Shown one piece after another: positions 1-9,763 of a DNA stretch of 27,325 bases. The notes below the pieces were generated by a model. It saw nothing but the letters and a program-made list of their open reading frames with translations, did no database searches and was not told the origin of the DNA. Each line of letters opens with the position of its first letter. Within the stretch, counting starts at the first letter, position 1. The stretch spans positions 1-27,325 of IMG/VR virus record IMGVR_UViG_3300020175_000037. The stretch is one strand, 5' to 3'. A program made the position numbers and the translations under genes. The stretch comes from a virus (taxonomy: Duplodnaviria > Caudoviricetes).

Positions 1-50
1 GCCCAAGATGGAACAGTTATTAACATTTAATTAAAACAAAAGGAGAAAAT

Positions 51-281
51 ATGGAATTTTTGAAAAAAATCGGCACATGGGCTGATGAATTAACAAAAAT
101 TGGTATAAGTATCATCGCTTTAGGAGTAGTATTTGAAGTACTATTCAAAGGTGCAGACATCCCATTTTGGCCAGAAGTATCAGTAGTTGATAATATTATG
201 GCGATTTTAGGAAGTTTGAGTGCTGAGGGTCTGTTAGGACTTGTAGGTGCTTTTGTTCTTTACCACATTATTAAGAAGTAA
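51..281 (+). CDS. Small membrane protein, two hydrophobic segments, function unknown
   Basis: 76 aa with hydrophobic stretches IGISIIALGVVFEVLF and GLLGLVGAFVLYHII and a basic C-terminus. AAAAGGAG lies upstream and a terminator follows. Confidence 0.8.
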   Translation: MEFLKKIGTWADELTKIGISIIALGVVFEVLFKGADIPFWPEVSVVDNIMAILGSLSAEGLLGLVGAFVLYHIIKK

Positions 282-316
282 GGATTAGAAGTAATTCTAT
301 GAACGCGTTAAAGATT

Positions 317-345
317 AAACCTCACCCTAAAAAGTGAGGTTTTTT
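317..345 (+). terminator. Rho-independent terminator
   Basis: Stem AAACCTCAC (317-325) pairs with GTGAGGTTT (334-342) around an 8-nt loop, followed by a T tract. Confidence 0.85.
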
Positions 346-353
346 CGTTTACT

Positions 354-363
354 ATATTTATAT
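354..363 (+). promoter_or_regulatory. ATATTTATAT putative phage late promoter motif
   Basis: Identical 10-mer recurs in six intergenic regions. Here it follows a terminator and lies 20 nt before ATG 384. Confidence 0.75.
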
Positions 364-383
364 ACAACTAATATGGTATAATC

Positions 384-797
384 ATGAGTACAAATTTTGA
401 ATTATTTCCTGGTAAGAATCTAAGTGGGTTGTTTAAAAACATCTACGATAACCAACAAAATAAGAAACAAAAGATTTCAGAACTAATCGCTGAAATGAAA
501 AAAGTAATCAGACATTCTGGTGATATGGCGGTAATTGGACCAATCATAAAAGATTTGGTAGATACCTCAGTTCGTAATGATGAATCACTTCTTAAGATGG
601 CTGCAATTGCACAAAGAATGGTTGCATCAAAAGAAAAAGTAGATGGTGATACAGGATTCCTTAGTGACCAAGAAAAAGAACAATTACTTCAACAACTAGA
701 AGATACTGCAATTGAAATAACAAATGAAAAAGAAAAAATTGATGATTTAACTAATGAAGTTGAAGAATTAAAACAAAAGGTAGATACCGATGAGTAG
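384..797 (+). CDS. Hypothetical alpha-helical/coiled-coil protein
   Basis: 137-aa ORF with a heptad-like E/K/L-rich C-terminus. Preceded by the recurrent motif and overlaps the next gene by 8 nt. Confidence 0.75.
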   Translation: MSTNFELFPGKNLSGLFKNIYDNQQNKKQKISELIAEMKKVIRHSGDMAVIGPIIKDLVDTSVRNDESLLKMAAIAQRMVASKEKVDGDTGFLSDQEKEQLLQQLEDTAIEITNEKEKIDDLTNEVEELKQKVDTDE

Positions 798-2028
798 AAG
801 ATTACTTGCACAATCAATAAACCGAAACAGAGTAAGTCAGAATAAAAACATTGGACTTGGTTTGGTTATGGATATAATCTTAGATGAAAATTCTGAGGCA
901 ATAACCCCTATAATAGATGCTGGAGAAGAACAAACAGATAAAAACTTCAGTATGATTGGTTCTGCTAAAATAAGAAAACTAAATGATATATCTACAAAAA
1001 CAGAATCTTTAATATATTATCAACCACTTGATTATTCTTTTTTAGATTTACCAATTAAAGGAGAAATAGTAGAACTTATAGAATCCGATACAGGTAGTGT
1101 ATATTATAGAAGGCTTATTTCAGCAAATTTAAATAGTGGTAATGCTAAAGTAAATGCACAATCAAAATACTTTAATGAAGATGAAGGTGGGGTTGGTAAT
1201 AGTAAAGATTATAAACAAACTTCTCAAACAGGAACTACACGAAAAGAAAATAAAAGTTCAACTGATAATCCGACCTTAGGAGAATACTTTTCATCACAAA
1301 AAATAAATCATTTAAAATTATACGAGGGTGATAAGGTAATACAAAGTAGATTTGGTCAATCGATTCGTTTTAGTGGATATAATAATGCGGATAACTCATT
1401 CGCTCCTAGCATCGTAATACGAAATAGACAAGGAAGTAAATCTCTAAATGATTTAAAGATTGGAGATATTGTTGAGGAAAACTTTATTGATGATGGTTCA
1501 ACGATTGCTTTAAGTAGTCCAGATAAATTAATAAACTTTACACCAGGTACAGTTGATACTCCACTAGAAACAGAACCAATATATGCAGAAGAACCTGAAC
1601 TAAAAGGAACAGACCAAGTTTTAATTAATAGTGGTAGAATTGTATTATCATCAAAAGACTCTGAAATGTTATTTTATTCGAAAGGAAATTATTCATTTAT
1701 ATCAGATGGTAAACTTACAATAGATAATGGATTTGATGGTGCTGAAATGGATTTCAATGGGGATGTATTAGTTACTACTAATGATAATGATGTAAAAATA
1801 CTAGCGGGTGCAGGTGAAATATACCTTAATACAGAAGAAACAACAGAACCTTTAGTAAGAGGACAAGTTTTGGTTGATTTAATGAGTGATTTAATTGATG
1901 CAATAAATGCACAAGTATTTTCAACACCAGCTGGACCAACTGCATCAGGACCAAACAATAGGGGTGATTTTAATAAAATAAAATCTAAGTTAGAAACATT
2001 TTTATCAACTCTTAACTATACGGAGTAA
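790..2028 (+). CDS. Putative baseplate central spike protein (gp5/GpV-like, no lysozyme domain evident)
   Basis: N-terminal OB-fold-like LPIKGEIV, beta-rich middle (QVLINSGRIVLSSK), and C-terminal RGQVLVDLMSDLIDAI...TPAGPT typical of spike ends. Lies upstream of gp25/gp6 genes. Confidence 0.6.
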   Translation: MSRRLLAQSINRNRVSQNKNIGLGLVMDIILDENSEAITPIIDAGEEQTDKNFSMIGSAKIRKLNDISTKTESLIYYQPLDYSFLDLPIKGEIVELIESDTGSVYYRRLISANLNSGNAKVNAQSKYFNEDEGGVGNSKDYKQTSQTGTTRKENKSSTDNPTLGEYFSSQKINHLKLYEGDKVIQSRFGQSIRFSGYNNADNSFAPSIVIRNRQGSKSLNDLKIGDIVEENFIDDGSTIALSSPDKLINFTPGTVDTPLETEPIYAEEPELKGTDQVLINSGRIVLSSKDSEMLFYSKGNYSFISDGKLTIDNGFDGAEMDFNGDVLVTTNDNDVKILAGAGEIYLNTEETTEPLVRGQVLVDLMSDLIDAINAQVFSTPAGPTASGPNNRGDFNKIKSKLETFLSTLNYTE

Positions 2029-2031
2029 TAT

Positions 2032-2637
2032 ATGTCTTTCAAGATATTCAAACAAAATATGTTAAGATATATGCAAAGAGAAACTATTGTCAATGGTGAA
2101 TCTGTAAATGTATCTAATGAAGTAGAATCTTATGATGATTTTGCAAAAAAACTAACTACTGAATATGATACTTGTATCAAAAGAGGATTCCAACAACCTG
2201 CTTTATTTGGCAACGTACCTTTACAAGTGGGTAATACTGATTTAATGGAAACTCTTTTAAAATTAGCGTGTCTAAAGGCTCTAAATATAAAAGAAGGGAA
2301 TCACTCATTTATAGATGATATTGGAGAGGCAGTTGTAAAAGGATATTGGGTAGGTGCAGAATTATCAAACTCAATTCCACCATTAGCTACTACACCACCT
2401 GCGTTTCTAAATATTTCAACAACAACTGCACCAATAAGTAATTCTGGTGTATGGAAACCCATAGGTCCAACTCCACCACTTGATGATTCGGAGGTTTTTT
2501 TAGATTTATTAATACCATCAATGCAAGTTCATCTTACAACGATTGCAGGAACTTATATTTTAGAATCATTATATCCCGGTGTTCCTGTTTCTAAAAACCC
2601 ATCAATACTACCATTTACAGGATATTCAGTTCCATAA
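2032..2637 (+). CDS. Hypothetical protein, probably spike/baseplate-associated
   Basis: 201-aa ORF starting 3 nt after the spike gene, with a Pro-rich C-terminal half. Function inferred from position only. Confidence 0.65.
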   Translation: MSFKIFKQNMLRYMQRETIVNGESVNVSNEVESYDDFAKKLTTEYDTCIKRGFQQPALFGNVPLQVGNTDLMETLLKLACLKALNIKEGNHSFIDDIGEAVVKGYWVGAELSNSIPPLATTPPAFLNISTTTAPISNSGVWKPIGPTPPLDDSEVFLDLLIPSMQVHLTTIAGTYILESLYPGVPVSKNPSILPFTGYSVP

Positions 2638-2656
2638 CCATAAAATTAAAGAACAT

Positions 2657-2666
2657 ATATTTATAT
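2657..2666 (+). promoter_or_regulatory. ATATTTATAT putative phage late promoter motif
   Basis: Exact copy of the recurrent 10-mer, 20 nt before ATG 2687. Confidence 0.75.
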
Positions 2667-2686
2667 TAAGATAAACAGAATTCAAA

Positions 2687-3271
2687 ATGAACAACAAACA
2701 ATTAATAAAAGTAATAAAGACTCTTGTTGAGGTAGAAACTGCCAAACAACAAGAACGATTTTTATCGAAAACTTTTCCAAAGATATTGGCAGAAGAAGTA
2801 AATAAAAGATTAGCAGAGGTGAAGGGAGGTGTAGTCAGCGTTCCCTCTACGCAAGTTGCAGAATTAATAAATGAAGTAGACCCATTTGAACAAGCAGAAC
2901 TTGCACTTGAGGAACAAAGACAAGCACCCAAAAAACAATTCACTAAGAATGCTATTATAAATGAAGTTTTGAATAATACAAAACCATTTACAAAAGCACA
3001 AAGAAGTACAACACCCGGTGGTGGAACATCTGTATTAGATAAATTTCAACAACCTGTAAATGAGAGTATGGATAAAACAGTTAGTTTTACATCTCAAGGA
3101 GCAGGTGCAGGTATTGACGGTATGAAAGCTCAGATGGCACAGAAGATGGGATATGGTGAAGTAAGACAACAACCAAATAAAACTGGATTAGGTGTACAAA
3201 CAGGATTACCTGGTTTAGATAGAATTTTAAATAGAGATAATTCAGAACTTGTAAAAAAGTTTAAAAGATAG
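2687..3271 (+). CDS. Hypothetical protein
   Basis: 194-aa ORF with a helical N-terminus and a low-complexity G/Q-rich C-terminal half. Has its own upstream motif. Confidence 0.75.
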   Translation: MNNKQLIKVIKTLVEVETAKQQERFLSKTFPKILAEEVNKRLAEVKGGVVSVPSTQVAELINEVDPFEQAELALEEQRQAPKKQFTKNAIINEVLNNTKPFTKAQRSTTPGGGTSVLDKFQQPVNESMDKTVSFTSQGAGAGIDGMKAQMAQKMGYGEVRQQPNKTGLGVQTGLPGLDRILNRDNSELVKKFKR

Positions 3272-3281
3272 GGAGTAAATT

Positions 3282-3713
3282 GTGGCATATATTCTTGATA
3301 AAAAAGTAGTAAAAGATACTGAAGAGTTTAACGACTTTGCATATGGTATTACTTTACCTGTACAACGAGGTGAAACAGGAATGTTTGCACAAGCATTTTC
3401 ATCATTTGAACAAGCAAAATCAAATTTAAAGAATTTGTTATTAACTTCAAAAGGTGAAAGAATATTACAACCAAATTTTGGTACTGGTTTAAAATCATTA
3501 TTATTTGAACAGAATACCGATTTATTGGCTGAAAACATACAAAAGGTAATTACAAGTAGTGTTAAGTTTTGGTTACCATATATTAACATAGATGAAATTG
3601 ATGTAAAAATGACGGATGAGATGAAAGATAATAACAGAGCAGATGTATCAGTATCGTTTACAGTAGGTAATCAAATAGATTTACAAGAAATAACATTTAC
3701 AGTTAGGGGATAA
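3282..3713 (+). CDS. Baseplate wedge/sheath initiator, gp25/GPW family
   Basis: Signature NLKNLLLTSKGERILQPNFGTGLKSLLFE and WLPYI. GTG start with GGGAG upstream. Confidence 0.92.
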   Translation: MAYILDKKVVKDTEEFNDFAYGITLPVQRGETGMFAQAFSSFEQAKSNLKNLLLTSKGERILQPNFGTGLKSLLFEQNTDLLAENIQKVITSSVKFWLPYINIDEIDVKMTDEMKDNNRADVSVSFTVGNQIDLQEITFTVRG

Positions 3714-3720
3714 ATAAGAT

Positions 3721-5733
3721 ATGGCATTAAATAGTGTAACAAGGAAGAGTAATCAAGGTAGAGATATAAAATATCTTAATAAAGATTTCGGTCAATTTAG
3801 AGAAAATCTAATTGAGTATGCAAAAACATATTTTCCAAAAACATATACTGATTTTAATGAATCTTCTCCTGGTATGATGTTTATTGAGATGGCATCTTAT
3901 GTTGGGGATGTTTTATCTTATTATGTAGATGATTCATTAAAAGAATCAATGTTGTTATATGCGGAAGATAAGAAAAACGTATTAGCATTATCAGAATACT
4001 TAGGATATAAACCAAAAGTAACTTCACCTGCAATTACTAAATTAGCAGTTTATCAATTAGTACCAAAAATTGGTAGTGGAGAGGACATAAGACCCGATTC
4101 AAAATACTACTTAAGAATTAAAGAAGGAATGATAGTAGAAAGTACTGAAGGACCATCATTCAGAACTACTGAGTTAGTAGATTTTAACGTAGAGGATGAT
4201 AGAGAAATAACAGTATATGAAACTGATGGTTTAAATCAACCAACAAAATATCTTGTAAAGAAATTTGTAAATGCAATATCAGCTGAATTAAGAATAGTTG
4301 AAATAGAGTTTGGAACATCACAACAGTTTTCAAAGATAGATTTAGGAGAAGATAACATAATTGATATTTACGATGTAAGAGATTCAAATGGAAACAAGTG
4401 GTACAAAGTTCCTTATCTTGCACAAGAAATGGTTTACGTTGATTATGCAACATCAGAACAAACTGATGAAGATTTATTACAATTTAAAGATTCAGTTCCT
4501 AATGTTCTTAAAGTAATTAAAACTTCAAGAAGATTTACTACAAGAGTAAATGAAGATAACACAACAACTATTGTATTTGGTGGAGGAAATCAAACCAATG
4601 ATGAAACACTAATTCCTAATTTTAAAAATGTAGGATTGGGATTAAACAACTCAATAGATAGATTGGGTGCATCATTTGACCCATCTAATTTCTTAAAAAC
4701 AAAATCATATGGACAAGCACCATCTAACACAACACTAACAGTAAGTTATTTAGTAGGTGGTGGTGTTACTGCAAATGTTCCATCAGGAACTATTACTAGA
4801 ATAGATAGAGTAGAGTTTGATGAAGACACATCATTTTTCACAACATCTGAGTTATCATCTTATAGAGAAGTTCAAAATTCAGTAGCGTGTGATAACGAAG
4901 AGCCAGCAACTGGTGGAAAAGGTGCAGATACGATTGAAGAGATTAGAGAAAATGCACTTGCAAACTTTGGTTCACAAAACAGAGCGGTAACAAGAAAAGA
5001 TTATCAAGTTAGAGCATTATCTCTACCTCCAAAGTATGGTGGTATAGCAAAAGCATATTGTGCACCAGATGGTGAGTTAGATTTAAATTCACCAGCTTCT
5101 ATTTTATCAAATAAAGATTCTTTAGAAGAATTTACAGGTTTAGTTCAAAGTTTAAGAGATAAAGATTTAACAGAACAACAAGTTAAAGATGAAGTAACTA
5201 AGTTTCTTGCAAATAAGAAAAGTTCGGTTAGTGAAAAGAACAATCCATTTGCAATTAATTTATATATACTTGGATATGATTCAAATAAAAACTTAACTAC
5301 ATTAAACAGAGCAGTAAAAGAAAACTTAAAAACATATTTAAGTGAATACCGATTACTTACAGATGGTGTTAATATTATAAATGGATTTATTATAAACGTT
5401 GGAGTTGATTTTGAGATACGAGTATATGGTGGATATAATAAAAGACAAGTATTAACAAGAGTAACTTCAGAACTTAAAAACTATTTTAATACAGATAATT
5501 GGACATTTAATATGCCAATAAACATTTCTGAAATTGAATTATTAATAGCTGGTGTAGAAGGAGTACAATCAGTACCAAAATGTGAAATCATTAACAAATG
5601 TTTAGGAAACTATTCTTCTAATTCATACAACATACAAGAAGCAACTAAAGGTAAAATGGTTTATCCATCTTTAGACCCTTCTGTATTTGAAGTAAAGTTT
5701 CCTAACAAAGATATAAGAGGGAGAGTAGTATAA
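3721..5733 (+). CDS. Baseplate wedge subunit, T4 gp6 / baseplate J-like
   Basis: N-terminal YLNKDF..FRENLIEYAKTYFP..DFNESSPG, IVFG, YLVGGG, and baseplate-J motif GGKGADTIEEIRENA...QNRAVTRKDY. Follows gp25. Confidence 0.92.
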   Translation: MALNSVTRKSNQGRDIKYLNKDFGQFRENLIEYAKTYFPKTYTDFNESSPGMMFIEMASYVGDVLSYYVDDSLKESMLLYAEDKKNVLALSEYLGYKPKVTSPAITKLAVYQLVPKIGSGEDIRPDSKYYLRIKEGMIVESTEGPSFRTTELVDFNVEDDREITVYETDGLNQPTKYLVKKFVNAISAELRIVEIEFGTSQQFSKIDLGEDNIIDIYDVRDSNGNKWYKVPYLAQEMVYVDYATSEQTDEDLLQFKDSVPNVLKVIKTSRRFTTRVNEDNTTTIVFGGGNQTNDETLIPNFKNVGLGLNNSIDRLGASFDPSNFLKTKSYGQAPSNTTLTVSYLVGGGVTANVPSGTITRIDRVEFDEDTSFFTTSELSSYREVQNSVACDNEEPATGGKGADTIEEIRENALANFGSQNRAVTRKDYQVRALSLPPKYGGIAKAYCAPDGELDLNSPASILSNKDSLEEFTGLVQSLRDKDLTEQQVKDEVTKFLANKKSSVSEKNNPFAINLYILGYDSNKNLTTLNRAVKENLKTYLSEYRLLTDGVNIINGFIINVGVDFEIRVYGGYNKRQVLTRVTSELKNYFNTDNWTFNMPINISEIELLIAGVEGVQSVPKCEIINKCLGNYSSNSYNIQEATKGKMVYPSLDPSVFEVKFPNKDIRGRVV

Positions 5734-6791
5734 TGTTTTATTTCGTAACCGCATCAAAGGATGCTAGTATATATTTACAACAACCAAAACAAAATACTGG
5801 TTTTGATGAGATACTAGAGGTATCTAAAGTTTACTATGGCAACCTTAAAGATACTGCTCGTTCATTAATCAAATTTGAGACAACACCACTTTCACAATCT
5901 ATCGATAGTGGAGAAGTTACAATGAGTTTGGCAACAATGATTATTAGACAATGTGATACAAACGAAATACCAAGTGAATATACAATCTATGCATATCCTG
6001 TTTCACAATCGTGGGATATGGGTATTGGTACTAGATTTGATAAAATATCAACTGAGGGAGTAACTTGGAACACAAGAAAAACTTCAACTAATTGGTTAGT
6101 GGGTTCTGCTTCATTAGAAAGTTCTGGTTCATATAATGGTAAGGGAGGAATGTGGTACACTGGTTCATTTGCATCTCAATCATATAGTTATGAAACTGCT
6201 GATATTGAAATGGATGTAACAGTACCTTTTAATAGTTGGATTAGTGGTACGCTTGGAAATGAAGGATTCATAATAAAACACGATTCATCATTAGAAAACG
6301 ATACCGTAGATTACGGACAATTAAAATTCTTTAGTAAAGAAACAAATACTATCTATCAACCAAAAGTAAGAATAGGTTGGGATGATTCTGTTTTTAATAC
6401 AGGTTCTCTAACTGAACTTACATCGGATGATATTCATATAACATTCAAAAGACTAAAAACTAGATATAAGAGAGGAAGTAAACCTCAAATCAGAGTTTTT
6501 GGAAGAGAAAAATATCCTCTTAAAACTTACACCAATCAATACTCTTATACAGATGTATATTATTTGCCATCAACAACATATTATCAAATCAAAGATATAA
6601 TAACAGATGAAGTAATAGTTCCATTTAGTGATTACACAAAAGTTAGTTGTGATGCAACTGGTAATTATTTCAAATTGAATTTAACAAATTGGGAAATCAA
6701 TAGAGATTATTATATTGAAATAAAAGTAGATAGAGATGGTGTAATTGAATATTTTGAAGATAGAGATTTAACGTTTACTGTGGAATTATAA
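5733..6791 (+). CDS. DNRLRE-domain (carbohydrate-binding-like) virion protein
   Basis: Pattern KDASIY...NTG...RSLIKF...SW.MG...VTW...NEGFIIK...FFSKE...PKVRI matches DNRLRE domains. TAATG coupling with gp6. Confidence 0.7.
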   Translation: MFYFVTASKDASIYLQQPKQNTGFDEILEVSKVYYGNLKDTARSLIKFETTPLSQSIDSGEVTMSLATMIIRQCDTNEIPSEYTIYAYPVSQSWDMGIGTRFDKISTEGVTWNTRKTSTNWLVGSASLESSGSYNGKGGMWYTGSFASQSYSYETADIEMDVTVPFNSWISGTLGNEGFIIKHDSSLENDTVDYGQLKFFSKETNTIYQPKVRIGWDDSVFNTGSLTELTSDDIHITFKRLKTRYKRGSKPQIRVFGREKYPLKTYTNQYSYTDVYYLPSTTYYQIKDIITDEVIVPFSDYTKVSCDATGNYFKLNLTNWEINRDYYIEIKVDRDGVIEYFEDRDLTFTVEL

Positions 6792-6792
6792 A

Positions 6793-8007
6793 ATGGCATT
6801 ATCAGATAGATTTAGAATAAACGAACTTGTAGAAAAGGGTTCAAAGGCAATTAGAAGAGATTCTAATGGTAATATTCTTGTGTCTAAGATTAATAAAAAA
6901 GAAACAAAGCCAAAAAAGAAAAAGGAAGAACCGTTTGGTTCTATGCCAATAAAAGGAAAACAAATATCTCCAAGATTTAAATCTGATTTAAATGAAGTAG
7001 AAGAACCCTTCGTACAAGAACAAACATCTTTTGATGGAGAAACATCAGGATACATTGAAAAACCAAAGTATAACGAAGAAGAATTACAAAAGGCAATTGA
7101 TGTAAGGGTAGATGAGTTAATTAGAAAAGAAAAACTTAAAAAAGGTAAGTATGTAAAGCAGGAATTATTTGATAAACTTAATAACAGATTTAATCTAAGT
7201 ACAGATGAAATAGAAGATTTAAGAGAAAGATTAAATAATGCACTATCACAAATTAGTGGATTGGAATCTAGAAATCTATCATTACAACAACAACTAGATG
7301 CTAGTTTACAACAGAAGGCAGTTGCAGATAATCAAAATACAATCCTAAGTGATAGATATGGGGCATTATTAGCAGATTTTCAAAACTCTATTATAAAAGG
7401 TACAAAGGAAGCAGTTGAAAGAGTTTCACTTACTGCACAGGTAAGAGGTTTACAAGCACAAAAAATAAGTTTACTTGAACAAATAAAATTAAAAGATAGA
7501 ATAGAGGAACAAGAAGAGGCACAACAAGAAAATGCGGCAATACTTGCAAGTTTAAGTGGTCCTACAAATTCATTTGAACAAAAAGGAGATTATGCTTGGA
7601 AGATACCAGAAGACCAAATAGATAATCAAGGAGAATTAGATGATGGATATACATTCTACTTTAGGTCAAATAGAAAAAGTAGTGGTTGGCATAATGGAAC
7701 AACACTTGAGTTATATAACTTTAATGAAGAAAACGAAGTATCATATTCTTTTAGTATAAGTGCAGGTTCTGGTGGACATGGACAGCCATGGTTTAAACTT
7801 TCACCTGAATCAGGAACAATACCAGCAAGAAGTGGTAGTACACCAGGTAAAGTTATTTTAGATGCAAGTAAAATAAGAAACGTAAATTCTCCAAAAGGAC
7901 GAAGAAAAACATTTGATGATGATATTACTCTAACAATAGATAATACATCATTTAACATGAAAGCAAGATTTTATAGAAAATTGAAAACTGGAGGAAAAGG
8001 TAATTAA
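6793..8007 (+). CDS. Coiled-coil protein with C-terminal beta-sandwich (Ig-like) domain, likely structural
   Basis: Long central heptad region. C-terminal PWFKLSPESGTIPA resembles BACON/Ig-like repeats. Confidence 0.65.
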   Translation: MALSDRFRINELVEKGSKAIRRDSNGNILVSKINKKETKPKKKKEEPFGSMPIKGKQISPRFKSDLNEVEEPFVQEQTSFDGETSGYIEKPKYNEEELQKAIDVRVDELIRKEKLKKGKYVKQELFDKLNNRFNLSTDEIEDLRERLNNALSQISGLESRNLSLQQQLDASLQQKAVADNQNTILSDRYGALLADFQNSIIKGTKEAVERVSLTAQVRGLQAQKISLLEQIKLKDRIEEQEEAQQENAAILASLSGPTNSFEQKGDYAWKIPEDQIDNQGELDDGYTFYFRSNRKSSGWHNGTTLELYNFNEENEVSYSFSISAGSGGHGQPWFKLSPESGTIPARSGSTPGKVILDASKIRNVNSPKGRRKTFDDDITLTIDNTSFNMKARFYRKLKTGGKGN

Positions 8008-8009
8008 TA

Positions 8010-9755
8010 ATGGCTGAACAATATTTTAAAGAAATCGTAGATAGAAAAGGATACAAGGTAGACTCCGAAGATAGGGCGATATTTGAAAAAGAAATATCTA
8101 AATCTAACTTTGGTCTAGGTTGTGCTGATATGATTGAATTCATTTTGTATGATTCGGCTAACAATCAATTACCACAAGGAGATTCTGGTGAGTTAGTTAG
8201 ATACATCTTTATTGATGATGATAATGTTAATGATTATTTTATAATTTCAAAAAATAATAAAACAAAAAAGAAAAACGATACAATTGAGTTTATTGTTGAT
8301 TTAGAAAAACTAATAATAGAAGCTGGATATGCGAATGGAATATTCAGAACTCAAGTAACTCTACTAAACAGAAGAACAGGTATTGAAAACATAGAAGGTA
8401 ACAACTTATGGGTACATGAGATTTCACCATCAAGAACAGAAATTAGATTATTACCAAACAGAGCAAAGGGTAAAAATAAAGATTTAGAAAGAAGATACTC
8501 TATGTTTACGGATGAGAAAAACTTTAGAGATGATACAATATATTATGTAAATGTTTTTATTGAAAATATTAATTTACAAAAAGTATTAGAAGATTTCTTT
8601 TTAGTAAAAGGTAAAGAAGAAGATGGTATAAGATATGCTAAATTAATTTTAAAAGAATTTAAATTAGATAGTTTTGAATTACTCTTACAAAGAGTTAAAA
8701 CAAAGTTTATAGAATCAATGCAATATTATTCCCAAAAAAGAATTTGGGATATCAATGATAATAGATATGGAAAACCAATTGGACCAGATTATGATTGCGT
8801 AGAGTTAAGTATTTCAGATATAGAAAACGCATCTTTTGAATCATTAATAAGATGTATTGATTTTTATTTACCAAAAAGAGATATTAAAACAAAAAGTGTT
8901 TTAACTAAAGAAGAACAAATAACATTAGATAAGGTAAAACAAATTTTAAAATCAAGTACTTCTAATACAGTTTATGAATCAACAGAACCAGATTCTGCAG
9001 AAGTACAAGGATGTACAGACCCTAACTCATTGAATTACAATAAGTATGCAACAGTAGATGATGGTAGTTGTATGTATCCAGATATTGATGTGGAAATACA
9101 AGGTTGTACAGACCCTAACGCATTAAACTACAATCCTAATGCAACAGTAGATGATGGTAGTTGTACATTTAAACCAAATACAGAAACTAAAAATTACTAC
9201 ATCCATTCTGATGTAGGTACTATAAAATACAGAACATCAGATGGTAAAGCTGAACAAAAAAATGGAGTAATGTATGATTCGTTTAGTTGTACACACATCG
9301 TAGGTTCTGTAAAGTTCAAAGGAGATGTTAGAGAATATCCAAAATTAAAATTAACAAATACAAGTTCATTATATAGGTTAAGAAATACACGAGCTAATGG
9401 AATTGATGCAATTGGATTTAATGATATTAATCTTGATTATAAACCGTTTAGAAATAACCAAGCAAGTCCTATATCATTAACATACAAAGATGCAAGTGGA
9501 GCATCACAAAAAACAAGTTACATATCAGCCGGTGAAGAAACAACTATATGTGCACAAGATGGTAGTATAATTGGATTTCCAGGTATATCGGTTACAAAAA
9601 TAGGTAATTGTACAGATGGAATAACACCACCACCAGATATTGTAGATACTTTTGATGAGATACCTAACTTTGAAGAGGTAGTAGTTTTTGGTAATGATTC
9701 ATTTGGTAATGTAACATCAGATACAATAATAATTGATTCAACTAATTATAGATAA
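8010..9755 (+). CDS. Putative virion structural protein with two GCTD (Cys-bracketed) repeats
   Basis: 581 aa. Carries EISPSRTEIRL in the N-terminal domain and two GCTDPNxLNYNxxATVDDGSC repeats. Lies within the baseplate operon. Confidence 0.7.
   Translation: MAEQYFKEIVDRKGYKVDSEDRAIFEKEISKSNFGLGCADMIEFILYDSANNQLPQGDSGELVRYIFIDDDNVNDYFIISKNNKTKKKNDTIEFIVDLEKLIIEAGYANGIFRTQVTLLNRRTGIENIEGNNLWVHEISPSRTEIRLLPNRAKGKNKDLERRYSMFTDEKNFRDDTIYYVNVFIENINLQKVLEDFFLVKGKEEDGIRYAKLILKEFKLDSFELLLQRVKTKFIESMQYYSQKRIWDINDNRYGKPIGPDYDCVELSISDIENASFESLIRCIDFYLPKRDIKTKSVLTKEEQITLDKVKQILKSSTSNTVYESTEPDSAEVQGCTDPNSLNYNKYATVDDGSCMYPDIDVEIQGCTDPNALNYNPNATVDDGSCTFKPNTETKNYYIHSDVGTIKYRTSDGKAEQKNGVMYDSFSCTHIVGSVKFKGDVREYPKLKLTNTSSLYRLRNTRANGIDAIGFNDINLDYKPFRNNQASPISLTYKDASGASQKTSYISAGEETTICAQDGSIIGFPGISVTKIGNCTDGITPPPDIVDTFDEIPNFEEVVVFGNDSFGNVTSDTIIIDSTNYR
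9009..9164 (+). repeat. Intragenic direct repeat: two 63-bp copies at 93-bp period encoding GCTDPNxLNYNxxATVDDGSC
   Basis: Copies at 9009-9071 and 9102-9164 share identical blocks TGTACAGACCCTAAC and GCAACAGTAGATGATGGTAGTTGT. Confidence 0.95.
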
Positions 9756-9763
9756 TAGCACTA

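Noticed and set aside
9009-9164. CRISPR-like or DGR template/variable repeat
   Set aside because: Only two in-frame copies encoding a known type of peptide repeat. Differences are not adenine-specific and no cas or reverse transcriptase gene is present.
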